Assembly (NCBI RefSeq): GCF_001194135.2
Contig: NC_068998.1
Coordinates: forward strand, 21,045,450 to 21,107,443
Reading direction: 5' to 3'
Length of the DNA: 61,994 nucleotides
Source of the DNA: Octopus bimaculoides
Lineage: Eukaryota
Part shown: piece by piece, positions 25,612-38,029 of the stretch
Layout: each line of letters starts with the position of its first letter
Position numbering within the stretch: position 1 is the first letter of the stretch
The notes under the pieces: model-generated
Databases searched by the model: none
What the model was told of the DNA's origin: nothing
The model's input: the letters and a program-made list of their open reading frames with translations, nothing else
Made by a program: the position numbers and the translations under genes

Positions 25612-25993
25612 CACGTGTATGAGGGATGACCACTAAGTAGACATCCAATATGCTAGAAAGAGGTCATCAACGACCCAACCACAAAGAAAAATAATGTTCT
25701 CCAGAAAAAGCTTCGTAAGTTACGGGGACGTAAACATACCAACACCGGTTGTCAAGTGATGGTGGTGGGAGACAGAGACACACAAAGACACACACATATA
25801 CACATGCATATTCGATCCGAAACCATGTGGATGGGAAGAAAACTTCTTGCCACACAGCCACGCCTTCGGCTATATGTATGTAAAATTTGCGAAGTTTTTT
25901 CTGGAGAACATTATTTTTCTTTGGGGTTGGGTCGTTGATGACCTCTTTCTAGCATATTGTATGTCCACTTAGTGGTCATCCCTTATACACATG
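25612..25993. mobile_element. TA-flanked MITE with 104-bp TIRs containing rearranged SINE-A pieces
   Basis: 25612-25715 is the reverse complement of 25890-25993 (>90% by eye), with TA dinucleotides outside both ends. Confidence 0.85.
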
Positions 25994-26149
25994 TATATAT
26001 ATATTTACATATAATCCACAGATGAGATCCAGAGATTCTCAGTATAGAAGACTCTTAGTAGTGCTCAAAAGATTCAAACTTAGATCCCGATGTCTTTACA
26101 GAAAGTCGATTCCGCATGACTGTGAGAGGGATCAAGTTGAACGGATATA

Positions 26150-26603
26150 GAGGCAATTGTGCAGATAAACAAATTAGGTACATTAATTATATCAAATATA
26201 ATAGTTTGCGTATAAAATGCAAAATATATATATATATGTATACATGCAAAATAGGAGAAAGCAAAAGGTGGAAACTTTCGGATGATGAACTTTAAAGTAT
26301 AAATATATAGATATTTATATTAATAGGTCCAAATGGCACAGAGTACAGACGACAGAGAGAATTAAATGAGTGAAAGAAAGGTGTTATAAGTCCAACAACT
26401 GTTTCTGGGGGCTCGGAGATCCATAATAATGTACATAGATTTAATTCATCACAATATGTGGCTGTTTCGATGCAATTAACATTGGATGAGACGAGCCTCC
26501 GTCATCAGGGTAGAAAAGATCTTAGATTTCAGATATTAATGCAGAGAAGTTTAAAGTTTAATATAATTAATGTACCTAATTTGTTTAGCTGCATAATTGC
26601 CTC
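26150..26603 (-). mobile_element. Element with 43-bp inverted ends and decayed hammerhead-like motifs
   Basis: 26150-26192 versus 26561-26603 (2 mismatches). The minus strand has CUGAUGA (26502-26508), GAAACAGC (26461-26468) and a second GAAACAGUUGUU near 26394-26405. Confidence 0.55.
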
Positions 26604-26649
26604 TGAATATATTTAATATTTACATATATATATTTACGGGTCGAATATA

Positions 26650-26880
26650 CATGTGTATATGTGTGTGTCTTTGTGTCTGTTTGTCTCCAACCACCATCAC
26701 TTGACAACCGGTGTTGGTATGTTCACGTCCCCATAACTTAGCAGTTCGGCATAAGACCGGTGGAATAAGTACTAGGCTTTAAAAAAATGTACTGGGGTCG
26801 ATTCGTTCGTCTACAAATTCTTCAATCAGTGCCAAAGCACGACCACAGTCTAATGACTGAAACAAGTAAAGGATAACAGG
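26650..26880 (+). mobile_element. SINE family A 3' half
   Basis: ttgacaaccggtgttggt...ggggtcgattcgttcg...tgactgaaacaagtaaa. Confidence 0.82.
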
Positions 26881-27284
26881 TAATGCACACAACACACACA
26901 CACACACACTCATACACACAGAAAAAAAAAACATTATCAGTAACACATTCTTAAAGTATAATGCGCAGCTTTTCGTCTGGGAAAGATGCTTTAAATAACA
27001 TGGTGTTAAAAAATATNNNNNNNNNNNNNNNNNNNNNNNNNNNNNNNNNNNNNNNNNNNNNNNNNNNNNNNNNNNNNNNNNNNNNNNNNNNNNNNNNNNN
27101 NNNNNNNNNNNNNNNNNNNNNNNNNNNNNNNNNNNNNNNNNNNNNNNNNNNNNNNNNNNNNNNNNNNNNNNNNNNNNNNNNNNNNNATATATATATATAT
27201 ATATATATAATAGTGCCTTTGATAGGCTTGACAGGTGCCTATGGTCACGCCATAGTATATATTTTCAAATTAAAGTTAGGGTCT

Positions 27285-28125
27285 TTATAACACATGTGTC
27301 CTGCCATCTCTGCTATATGAAAGTGAGACCTGGGTTGTTTATCGTAGGCATTTATTTAAGACATTTGGAATGATATCTTCAATATTGTCTTAGGAAAATT
27401 CTTGGGATAAATTGGAAAATGGCCATCAATGATGTGGAAGTACTTGAGAGAAGTGGTACTAGAAGTGTAGAATCAATGATACTGCAAAGTTGTTTAAAGT
27501 GGGGTAAGGATGAATGATGAAAGATTTCCCAAGCTACTTCTGTATGGTGAGTTGGGAGATGGTAGGAGGCCAGTGTATAAACCTAGAATGAGGTTCAAGG
27601 ACTGCCTCAGAATTGCTCCAGCACAGACCGGAATTTCAGTTTTTGATTGGGAGAGGGAGGCACAAGACCGAGATGGACGGAAGTAGAGAGTGCACAGTGG
27701 TTGTTCGGGGTTTGATGGAGAGAGCATGAAGCACGAGAAGATTAGGAGAAGTCTTCAAGGAATGAATCTGTGGAGAATGAGGGAGTGTTGCTTTGTGGGA
27801 GTGTGTGGTTTGTGGGAGTGTGTGGTTTGTGGGAGTGTGTGGTTTGTGGGAGGAAGTGCTTGAATCTTGTGGGCCTGGTCAGCCATCAGAAAACTCACAG
27901 GAATCGATCCATAGTAAATAGTGATATGGCATGGCTATTGTTCACAACAGAACATGTGCAACATGTGGAATGGTAGGCCTCTCAGCTGGAAGATTGAAAA
28001 GGCATGTCAAAGGAGTTCATATTGAGGCACCTATTACTTCTACCAACCAGCACAGCTGTGCATTATGTAATAGAATGTGCAAAACTTTCGCCGGGCTCAA
28101 GATTGTTACAAGGGCCTCATATTGC
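27285..28125 (+). mobile_element. RTE-clade LINE ORF2 C-terminus with up to three C2H2 zinc-finger motifs
   Basis: LPSLLYESETWVVYRRH; LYGELGDGRRPVYKPRMRFKD; AQDR; then CVVC..HQKTH, CATC..HVKGVH and CALC (truncated). Frameshifted. Confidence 0.8.
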
Positions 28126-28243
28126 ATCAGCATTGAACCATTTCAATGATTCTTTCTAGCAATGGATTTGCTCATACATGAGAAAGTGGCTAAGATATAT
28201 ATATATATATATGCATACATCCTCCATCTATCTCTCTCTCTCT

Positions 28244-28315
<72 letters not shown>

Positions 28316-28489
28316 GAAAAAACTGGCACGTATATTATCATTAGTATTAGTATTAGGGCTACTGAAATTTTAAAAGTGAAGTTTTTACCCACTGTTCTCA
28401 TGAGCGCAAGTATACTTTAGTGAACTTAAGGATTGCATTATAAGTATAAGTGACCTCTACCTGCTCAGCCTGCCTTTATGCTAGGTTTC

Positions 28490-28800
28490 AGGTTATTCAT
28501 TGTTATGTTCATTATACCAGCTGTACAGTTAAAAGAGACCATCAAACTATGGTCATTAAAAATTTACTTGTATCTATGCTGCTGGGGGGAATGTTTATCA
28601 GCTAAGCTAATGAAGATCCTAACTACACAAGCATTTACATTAATGGAAATCAGGGAAGTAATCTATATGACCTTAAGTTGGCGAGTTCTTTTGGTGGTAT
28701 TAGGGTTCGGCATACAGCTAATCCTATATTTTCTTTTCGGGCTTCACCTGTATCCTTTAATCCATACATTTCCTTTCCAGTTTTTATAACATCTCCAAGG
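28490..28800 (-). mobile_element. Penelope-like (Poseidon-like) linker remnant
   Basis: SINVNACVVRIFISLADKHSPQQHRYK*IFNDHSLMVSFNC aligns by eye with LNVKANIGEKFLALLNKHFPVNHEYRKIFNRRSIKISYSC at ~31830-31960. Confidence 0.55.
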
Positions 28801-28993
28801 CCAATTGACCGGGTGTAAGGCTTTCAGGCCTTCAGTGGTGAAGAGCCCGAGTTACAGTGTTTCACTAATCTATTACTGAAGAGTGCTGGATCTGACTCTC
28901 TATTTCTGGCATGATTTCCGCCATGAAACCATTTGGTAAAATGGCTATCATGCGACTAAAATATTATATAAATAATTATTATATAAATAATAT

Positions 28994-29053
<60 letters not shown>

Positions 29054-30157
29054 AACATATACATACATGAAACACAGATATACACATATGTGTATGTAGA
29101 TTGATCACTCTTCGTGTTGCTACGCATATTGAGGAGGTAGGTATAGAGGCGTGTATTTGTTTCCTATGAAATAAGGTTACGTTCCTTCTGCTATACTATT
29201 AATATTTTTAATCACACACCAAAGCCTGCATATATTAAATATTCTATGTTTAAATCTCGTCGGGATGATTAAATGAAATTCCAATGTTATGCTAATATTG
29301 ATTAAATCGACTAAAAATTAGTCTATTTCTCTAATCGAAATGAAAATTCCTTCAGTTACGTATTTCTATTGTCTGTATTCATGACTTGCTAAGTTCGATT
29401 TTAAAGCAGTGAATTGGTTGAGTCGTTCCGCCTCTTTGCGCTCTGAGTTCAAATGCTGCTGAGGTCAAATTTTTCTTCTATGCTTACGCTATCGATTAAT
29501 AAAGTAGCAGTTCAATACTCGGTTGGCTCTTTTATTTTGCTTTCTGGGGAAAAAAAAAGTTAACAATCAGTCAGTTTTGTTTTAGTTCAACCCTGATGGA
29601 AACGAAATATAACTAAAGAAGTTTCACTCGTGACTAACCCGACATTTTTCTATACAGGACTAAAATGTCAAATATGTCCTTTTAAAAGACAGTAAGGCAT
29701 AAGTTGAAGCGAAGGGATGAAATATTATTTTATACTAAATTAGCCGTAATCCAGAAGACCTACATTAAAAAAAAAATCCCATTGCGTGATCATAGCGTCT
29801 TTTTTGTCAAGCACAATGAACCTAAGATCATATAACTGTTTTGATGGGTTTCTGGCGGTTTCAACATTGAGATTTAGTTATCTGAACGACAGAATGAATT
29901 CTTACTCGAGAAGTGTATGGGTAAGTACGCATATATATGTGTGTGTATGTATACATACATACATACATACATATATATNNNNNNNNNNNNNNNNNNNNNN
30001 NNNNNNNNNNNNNNNNNNNNNNNNNNNNNNNNNNNNNNNNNNNNNNNNNNNNNNNNNNNNNNNNNNNNNNNNNNNNNNNNNNNNNNNNNNNNNNNNNNNN
30101 NNNNNNNNNNNNNNNNNNNNNNNNNNNNNNNNNNNNNNNNNNNNNNNNNNNNNNNNN

Positions 30158-30910
30158 CTTCCCAAAATAAACACATTTAGTACCGAATGCGAGGAAAAAT
30201 AACCATTCGGTACTAAATGTGCTTATTTTGGGAAGTCCAGTGTGCGGCATTATTCTGTAGTAATGCCCCTTATATAAATATAAACGAATACTTATATTCT
30301 TGGGAATAGAAATTTCCCTTATGAATTTTTTTACACACTGGCTTCCTGATAAAATTCTTGTAAAAGATTTTTATCCCTCTTTGAATTTATTAATCAAATA
30401 TATACATGGAATATAGTCAATGCTGAATTTTTTATTCCTGTCTCAACACGTGTACCAAAACAACCCAGTAGTTTTCCCGCTTCTTTGATGAAGATTTATC
30501 CAGATAAACTTCATTCCCTTTGCTTATTCGGATACGCAGAGTGTTCGTTTTTGGTAATGTGAGAATTCTGTTTATTTATATATGTTTTCCTGGACAATAC
30601 TATGCTGATGAGTGGAGTCTAGATTCATTCTAGTAATCGCGAAATCGGTCGATACATAGTTGAGTTATTTAAAAGAAAGTTGATCTTCTTCTGTTGGTTG
30701 TTTTTCCTCGCATTCAGTACTAAATGTGTTTATTTTGGGAAGTCCAGTGTGTGGCATTATTCTGTAGTAATGCCCCTTATATAAATATAAACGAATAATT
30801 ATATTCTTGGGAATAGAAATTTCCCTTATGAATTTTTTTACACACTGGCTTCCTGATAAAATTCTTGTAAAAGATTTTTATCCCTCTTTGAATTCATTAA
30901 TCAAATATAT
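30158..30910 (+). mobile_element. 1.4 tandem units of a 507-bp hammerhead-carrying repeat with a 48-bp inverted 5' extension
   Basis: 30204-30403 repeats at 30711-30910 (offset 507). 30158-30205 is the reverse complement of 30695-30742. Confidence 0.8.
30599..30660 (+). ncRNA. Type I hammerhead ribozyme motif
   Basis: ACUAUG-CUGAUGA-GUG...CUAGA(UUCAU)UCUAG...CGC-GAA-AUCG-GU-CGAU-A-CAUAGU. Stem I 6 bp, predicted cleavage after AUA (30654). Confidence 0.88.
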
Positions 30911-31335
30911 GCATATATATGTATATGTTTACATATGTATGTATATATATAGGCATGCGCGCGCGCACACACACACACATATACATACATACATACATAC
31001 ATACATACATGCACAATTACAAAAGAACTGGTAATATTTTCATGCTTGTACGATGCATTAAATTGGCAAATTTATATAACATGCACATATCTTGAAGCAA
31101 TCTTTCGGGCTTTGTTCATACGATAGTAGTATTTAAAACGAGGATGCTGGAGCACAAGAAAATATGAGAAATAATGAGAACAAAAAATCGCAAAGAAATT
31201 TGATGCAAAAAATGAAACAAGGTGAAAGAAAAGAAAACCAAGATCTTAGTCCTCTTTTATTGTAGAACACATAATTCATGTAGCTGGTGTAGAATAATAT
31301 AACAGAAAGGAGACCAAAGTTTGTGAGATAGCTAC

Positions 31336-32680
31336 TTAATTCGGAGAAGGCAGTGTCCTCCAGTTGGACAAAAGAAACCTGTTCATCTTCTTGCATTTGC
31401 TAAAAATTTCGAATCTGGAATTCAGTAGTATGTTGGAATGCTTGGATTTAGAAAGAATGTGCGATTTTTCATCTACGCATAACTTGTGTCTCTTTGATTC
31501 ATTTGGCGTAGATTTTTCCACGATTGGACGTGGCGTGCATTTGGTCTTCAGATTCCATGCATGGATAGCCACTTAGTGGCCTTATTTTATCAATGCGTCG
31601 GAAAGGCGACTGTTGGTTTGCATAACGACTTTTAAAATTGCTTCCGCATAAGCCAATGTAATTTTTCTTCTCAATTATGTTGTCCTGGAACGCTACTGTA
31701 ACTTCGGCTTCATAAACAACTGCATTTATCAAATAAATCTTATGAAACGGGAAGGCTTCAAGGTCTCGACGGTTGCAACTGGGATTGCGTTATTGATGTG
31801 AATTACGAGTGATAATGTCCTCCATACTAGGTCAACAGCTGTATGAAATTTTTATTGAGCGTCTATTAAAAATCTTCCTGTATTCGTGGTTTACTGGGAA
31901 ATGCTTATTTAATAATGCCAGGAATTTCTCGCCTATGTTAGCTTTAACATTTAATGAGAGGGGTGGGATGAATCATATTTTTAGGTCTATTTTTAGGCTT
32001 CATATTTTTAACTGAAGGGTTATCTATCTTATCTTTGAAGCCGCTGTTAGCTAGGGCATTGTTATACTAGAGGATTGCTTTATCAAAAATTTCCCTTGAA
32101 GAGAATAAATTAGATATCCTATTACTGATGTTAGCTATTACGTTTTCAAACACTATAGAGGTGGTGACAGGACTGTCTATGTATATATGTGAGCTTCTCG
32201 TTCGGTTTACGATAGGGATCATAAGAGCATGAGTTTAAGTCTAGGGAGACATTTAAGAAATCAACTTTGGACAAATTAGCAGACACAGTAATTATGAGGC
32301 CTAACTAACAAAAAGTATATATGAGTTTTTTCCTAAATGCATCTAGTTTATGTCCATCACAGTCTTAAGTTATGCCCAAAGTATCGTCACAGTATGAGCC
32401 AATATCGTCGGTTGGGAACTTAGATCTCAAAGTGTTTAATATACAGAGACCTACAAGAACACAGATGTCTGCACTACCATACAACCCCATAGATTTATCA
32501 AACAATTCATATGTATATGATGTTGTAACGCATGTAGAGCCCTTACTAAATAGAAAGGGTTTTCGTGCATTTATGATAAAGTCCAGGTCTATGTGGTCAA
32601 TATTGATATACCCTTTTGGAAACTCGGTCGTCATATCTAGCAACGATCTCGATACGTTGGTAGAACCTTACGTGTTGGCT
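31336..32680 (-). mobile_element. Penelope-like element remnant (RT, thumb, GIY-YIG); Poseidon-like
   Basis: FDKSMGLYGSADICVLVGLCIL...GSYCDDTLGI (RT); WFIPPLSLNVKANIGEKFL; AVVYEAEV...NYIGLCGSNFKSRY (GIY-YIG); KLCVDEKSHIL...NSRFEIFSKC. Confidence 0.9.
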
Positions 32681-32695
32681 TAAATTGGAATAATG

Positions 32696-33095
32696 TCTTT
32701 GTGTCTTTGCGTCTGTGACGTCCCCCATTACCATTTGACAACCGGTGTTGGTATGTTTCCACCTTCGCAAACTAACGGTTCGGCAAAAGACACTGATAAA
32801 ATTAGTACTAGGGGTAAAAAATTAAGTCCTGGGGTCGATTTGTTTGACTAAATCCCTTCAAGGCAATGCTCCAGCATGGCTGCAGTCAAATGGTAGAAAC
32901 AAGTAAAAGACTAGAAGAATAAAAGTAATACCTTTATATAAAAGAGTAGCTTGTAATTTGATGAAGAGTTAGTTGGTATTTTAGGCAGTTCGAGCGATCG
33001 TGAATAGGTTCCGTAGTTAACTTAAAGCAATATGAAGTTAAAATTGCCACCAGTCTTCCTCGATAATGTATATTATATAACATTTTATTTCAAAT
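32696..33095 (+). repeat. 400-bp direct duplicate, copy 1 (SINE-A tail plus flank)
   Basis: About 7 mismatches versus 34044-34443. Confidence 0.92.
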
Positions 33096-33479
33096 TGGAA
33101 TAATATTGTTTACTCCTGGTCGATCAGATCTATAATCAAAGGCGTTCCTTCTATGACTATTCCCCGTTATCTTTCAGACGTATAGTTATCTATGATTACA
33201 TTATCTAATATGTGCCCTCTCTTTTGTAAGACAGTAGGATGTTATTTGAGAGATATTTAGCTTCTGCTTATACCAGGTCGAGCGACTACGTGTTAGTTCA
33301 TGTGTTTCGTAGTAATGTGTTTGGAATTATTGATGCAATTAATATTATATATTAGTGACAGGCAGTATTAATACGGAGAGATAATATGTATTCCCACTTA
33401 AATGTGGATGTTCTATTAGAACAAACTATACTGTGGAAATTCGCATGAGAGACACTCATATTGGGTTTTTGGTGCAAAA

Positions 33480-33740
33480 TGCATGGAAACAAGAGGAAGA
33501 TAAACAAATCCCGGAGCTTAGACGATCACTTTTCGTACCAGCTACCGTCGAGATCTCTGGCGTCCTCCATCCCCTCATTACTGATTTCCTCCACAAAATT
33601 GGAAAGGCAGCAGTCCGCTTGTGAAGGAGCCCGTGAAGCGGGCTGGCTGTTGCAGCGGATGTCGCTGGCCATTCTCCTTGGCAATGCTTTCGCCATTTTG
33701 TCTGTCGGGCACAGCCAAATCCCCGCACAGACTCTAGTTG
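33480..33740 (+). mobile_element. CRE-clade non-LTR retrotransposon C-terminal (restriction-like endonuclease) fragment
   Basis: LFVPATVEISGVLHPLITDFLHKIGKAA / EGAREAGWLLQRMSLAILLGNAFAIL resembles the CRE-type C-terminus FVPxAVETxG...FQRLSVAIQRGNA; followed by a pyrimidine-rich trailer. Confidence 0.65.
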
Positions 33741-33869
33741 AGAGTCTGTCCCTTCTCCGATTCCTTTCTTTTGTTGCTTAATTCTCTTTATCCTTTTCTT
33801 TTTCCCCCTCTTTTGCTTCATTTAAATATTATTATATTCTAATTGTAAAAATCATTGATTGAAATAGTA

Positions 33870-34275
33870 AAGATAAGCTTGTTACCCAACCACATGGTTT
33901 CGGATTCAGTTCTACTGCGTGGCACCTTGGGCAAGTGTCTTCTACTATAACCTCGGGCCGACCAAAGCCTTGTGAGTGGATTTAGTAGACGGTAACTAAA
34001 AGAAGCCATCGTACACACACACAGACACACACGTGTGTCTGTATCTTTGTGTCTTTGTGTCTGTGACGTCCCCCATTACCATTTGACAACCGGTGTTGGT
34101 ATGTTTCCACCTTTGTAAACTAACGGTTCGGCAAAATACACTGATAAAATTAGTACTAGGGGTAAAAAATTAAGTCCTGGGGTCGATTTGTTTGACTAAA
34201 TCCCTTCAAGGCAATGCTCCAGCATGGGTGCAGTCAAATGGTAGAAACAAGTAAAAGACTAGAAGAATAAAAGAA
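33870..34275 (+). mobile_element. SINE family A, near full length
   Basis: Head, short (CA)/(TG) spacer and tail. Confidence 0.88.
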
Positions 34276-34443
34276 ATACCTTTATATAAAAGAGTAGTTT
34301 GTAATTTGATGAAGAGTTAGTTGGTATTTTAGGCAGTTCGAGCGATCGTGAATAGGTTCCGTAGTTAACTTAAAGCAATATGAAGTTAAAATTGCCACCA
34401 GTCTTCCTCGATAATGTATATTATATAACATTTTATTTCAAAT
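34044..34443 (+). repeat. 400-bp direct duplicate, copy 2
   Basis: See 32696-33095; offset 1348 bp. Confidence 0.92.
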
Positions 34444-34639
34444 ATCTTCTCCACCGAAATAACATAATCATGTTGTATACATTATTCCTTATTTCCGTCA
34501 GTATTTATCGAAGAAAAATATCTTATGTCTTGAAATATTGTTAACTATTATTTATGAGCTGAATGAATGAAAGTGAGAGGAAAAAGAATAGTGAAAGTGG
34601 GAGTGATGTTGGAAACTAGAGAGGCACACGGTTACTCAT

Positions 34640-34697
34640 ATGTATATAGGCATTAAACATATATGTATGTCTGTATGCGTCTCTCTCTCTCTCTTTC

Positions 34698-34783
<86 letters not shown>

Positions 34784-34785
34784 AG

Positions 34786-34867
<82 letters not shown>

Positions 34868-35235
34868 TATGTATGTATGTATGTATGTGTGTATGTACGT
34901 ATGTATGTATGTATGTATGTATGCATGTATGTGTGTGTGTGTGTATGTATGTATGTATATAAATGTGTGCGTGGGAGTGTGAGTGCGTCTCTGTCTCTTT
35001 CTCTCTCTACATATAGATATATGTTTATGTATGTATATAGATATATGTGTATGTATATATATATATATATATATATATACTGAGAAAGAGAGTGAGGGAA
35101 AGAGGGAGAAAGAGAAACAGAGAAAGAGGAAGAGTGAGAGAGAGAGAGAGAGAAAGAAAGAGAGAGAGAAAAAGTGAGAGAGAGGGAGAGAGAAAGAAAG
35201 ATACAGAGAGTGAGAGAAAGAGAGAATGCACTGAA
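34640..35235. repeat. Compound microsatellite (TC)(TATC)n(TA)n(TATG)n(GA-rich)
   Basis: Directly visible. Confidence 0.95.
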
Positions 35236-36074
35236 GGTGAGAGAATTGGAAAAGATAACAGTAAATCCATTTTATTTTACCGGGAAATTGTTATTCAGTT
35301 TCATGTTGCTGTTACCTTCACCGGAAGCATAACAAATATCAGGAAAGTAAAGTTTTGTGTTTGTGTGGTGATATATCGGCCATTGCTTTGCCTCATTAAG
35401 TCTGTCCAAACTAATTACTAATATAACATAACTAAACATATAAATACCACTGAATAATTCACTGAAAACTTCTTTTTGCACTTCAATTTCATAAATAATG
35501 TTGAAATCTATTGTAATTGTTTTATTGTTGTAGCTACTGCGTAGCGGCGTCACGGTTAGAAAAAAAAAATAACACGTACAGACACACAGACACAAAGAGG
35601 AACGAATGCAAATGAGTAGCTAAATACGAAGCGATCAATGTATGACGCAATAGAAACCTCACTAGAACGATTTAGACAGCTACCACCATCACTGTCTCAA
35701 CTGCCACCACTACTATTATAAGTGCTTAGCCCTGAAGACAATTTAAAATCAACAAGAAGAATATCGACGACGACGACGACGACAACAACAACAACAACAA
35801 CAAGAACAATTAATATATTGGTTTTGATAAAGTAGTATGGAAGATTGATGCTATTATGAAGATATTCGTTTTTTTATTCTAACTAATTTAACAATTGTCA
35901 TTTCTAATTTTTACATTTATTTTTTGGTATTTATTTCTTTGTGTTTTTTTTTCTTCTTCTTTGCAGCGTCATTTGGAATTTCTCAGACAAACGAAACCAA
36001 AAAAAAAAAAAATAAAAAATAAATAAATAAATAAAACCAACGAAAGAACAAGCTGATAACAGGCCACACCCTGG

Positions 36075-36132
<58 letters not shown>

Positions 36133-36422
36133 GCAAAGATGCTTAGTTATACATACAAACGCACTCGCGTCTGTATATATATATATGTATAGAACCTTAC
36201 ACTATAGAACTATGGTTCTCATTATATACACTTGAAATTTTAGTTACATATACGTATTATATACTACACGCACACATATGTAGTAACACAAGTATGTACA
36301 TACATACACGAGCACAGACATTTATTTTTACACACACACGCACATATATATACACAAATACATACGTATATACATACATATATTTATATATACCTGTATA
36401 CGTACACGTGCATACAAATATT

Positions 36423-36479
<57 letters not shown>

Positions 36480-36501
36480 AAAGAGAGACTGNNNNNNNNN
36501 N

Positions 36502-36532
<31 letters not shown>

Positions 36533-37584
36533 AAAGAGAGACTGACAAAGAGAGAAAGAATGAAAGAGGTACTGAGGGGGAGAAAGAGATATTATCTACA
36601 TATTTGTATTCAATTGTGTCTCGTACCTAGCGGTTTGTTAAATAGATATGATAAAATGATTATCAGACTGAAATAAGTATTTATATCTCAATGGTCGGCT
36701 GAAGCATTGAAGGCGGTGCCACAGTATGGCTGCAGTTCACTGACCAGTAAAAGAGTAAAAACAAAACAAAACAAGAGAAAAAGAATAAAATTAACAATGG
36801 AAGGATGAGTAAGAACTAAAGAACTGAAGAACTGCCAACTTCATTGAAATCTTATGAATTGTAAAATGCAAGAAGAGATAAAAAAAGAAAAGATGTTAGT
36901 TATTTCTATTCTGAATATCATCAGATAATTTGATGCAATCGGACAGTCTGTATATAAAATGGCGCCTATTCATCGCAGTTCTCTTAAACAAATATCTAGA
37001 TATATTGTAATAAAAGATATATTCCATTACCCTTTATGGTTGATGGGGGTGTCATTAGAAACGTCTTTGTAATTATGCAGTGTGTCGAATTCAAGTTAAT
37101 CGCAGGGAGGCCAAAATTCTGCATATATTGATTGCATTTCGGAGTTAGATAATCGCAGCGAAATATGTCATATCCGGAGCTATAGATTTGTGGATCAAAT
37201 TCTATTCGTTGGATAGGCTATCGATATTTCATAGACCTTCGATTAAGGCAACAACAGCAGCAACAACAACAAAATAAAATCAACTAAATCGAAAGTACGA
37301 GCAGTAGTTTATGTGAAATGATTCACATCGGATTATACCGCGAATTGAATTTTATCAAGAGGAGCTTAATGCAGTTGTTTAAGGAAGTTCGTTGTGATAT
37401 ACATTAACATAAGAATTGATCTAGTAAAGTTAAACACGAGATATGTGAGGCAATGGAATATCAAAAGGAAGTCTTTAGATATTAACATATCTTCTCATGA
37501 ATGCTTCAAATTCGTATCATTTGTATTTACTTAAATCTAGTCTCTGACGGCTGCCATCATTGTCTGCAAATGATCAACTTTTAT

Positions 37585-37925
37585 TTTTTATCTTTTACTT
37601 GTTTCAGTCATTAGACTGGGACCATGATGGGGCGCTGTCTTGAAGACTTTTTAGTCGAACGAATCAACCCCAGTACTTATTCTTTTAAAGCTTGGTACTT
37701 ACTCTATCGGTGTCTTTTGCCGAAACGCTAGATGTCTTTCTTTTGCTTACATTGAAAACGAAACCATGGCATAATCTCGAAGTAAACCTATCTCACGTAT
37801 GCCTCCGATACACCTTGGAGAAGCATAAAGTTCACAACTCCCCATATCTATAAACTGTGAGAAAATGATAACATAAATACACCAACGCCGGTTGTCAAGC
37901 AGCGGTGGAGGAAAACACACCTACT
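37585..37925 (-). mobile_element. SINE family A tail, split by a ~140-bp insert
   Basis: Tail reverse complement at 37585-37740 resumes at 37880-37925. Confidence 0.7.
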
Positions 37926-38029
37926 GTCTTTAAAACATACAAATAAATTGTGAACAACTGACAAAAACTGAAAAAATATTATCAACGGTTTGTGTCATAG
38001 AAAGTTGCTGCCTTAAGACATTGTTACCA

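Noticed and set aside
27770-28149. Host C2H2 zinc-finger gene exon
   Set aside because: It is frameshifted, lacks TGEKP-type linkers and is contiguous with RTE ORF2 motifs.
31340-31365. Possible hammerhead relic after the Poseidon-like ORF
   Set aside because: The core reads CUGGA...GAAU, too degenerate to call.
36895-36930. CUGAUGA-hairpin-GAAA on the minus strand
   Set aside because: No stem III or UH site can be formed, so it is a likely chance match in AT-rich DNA.
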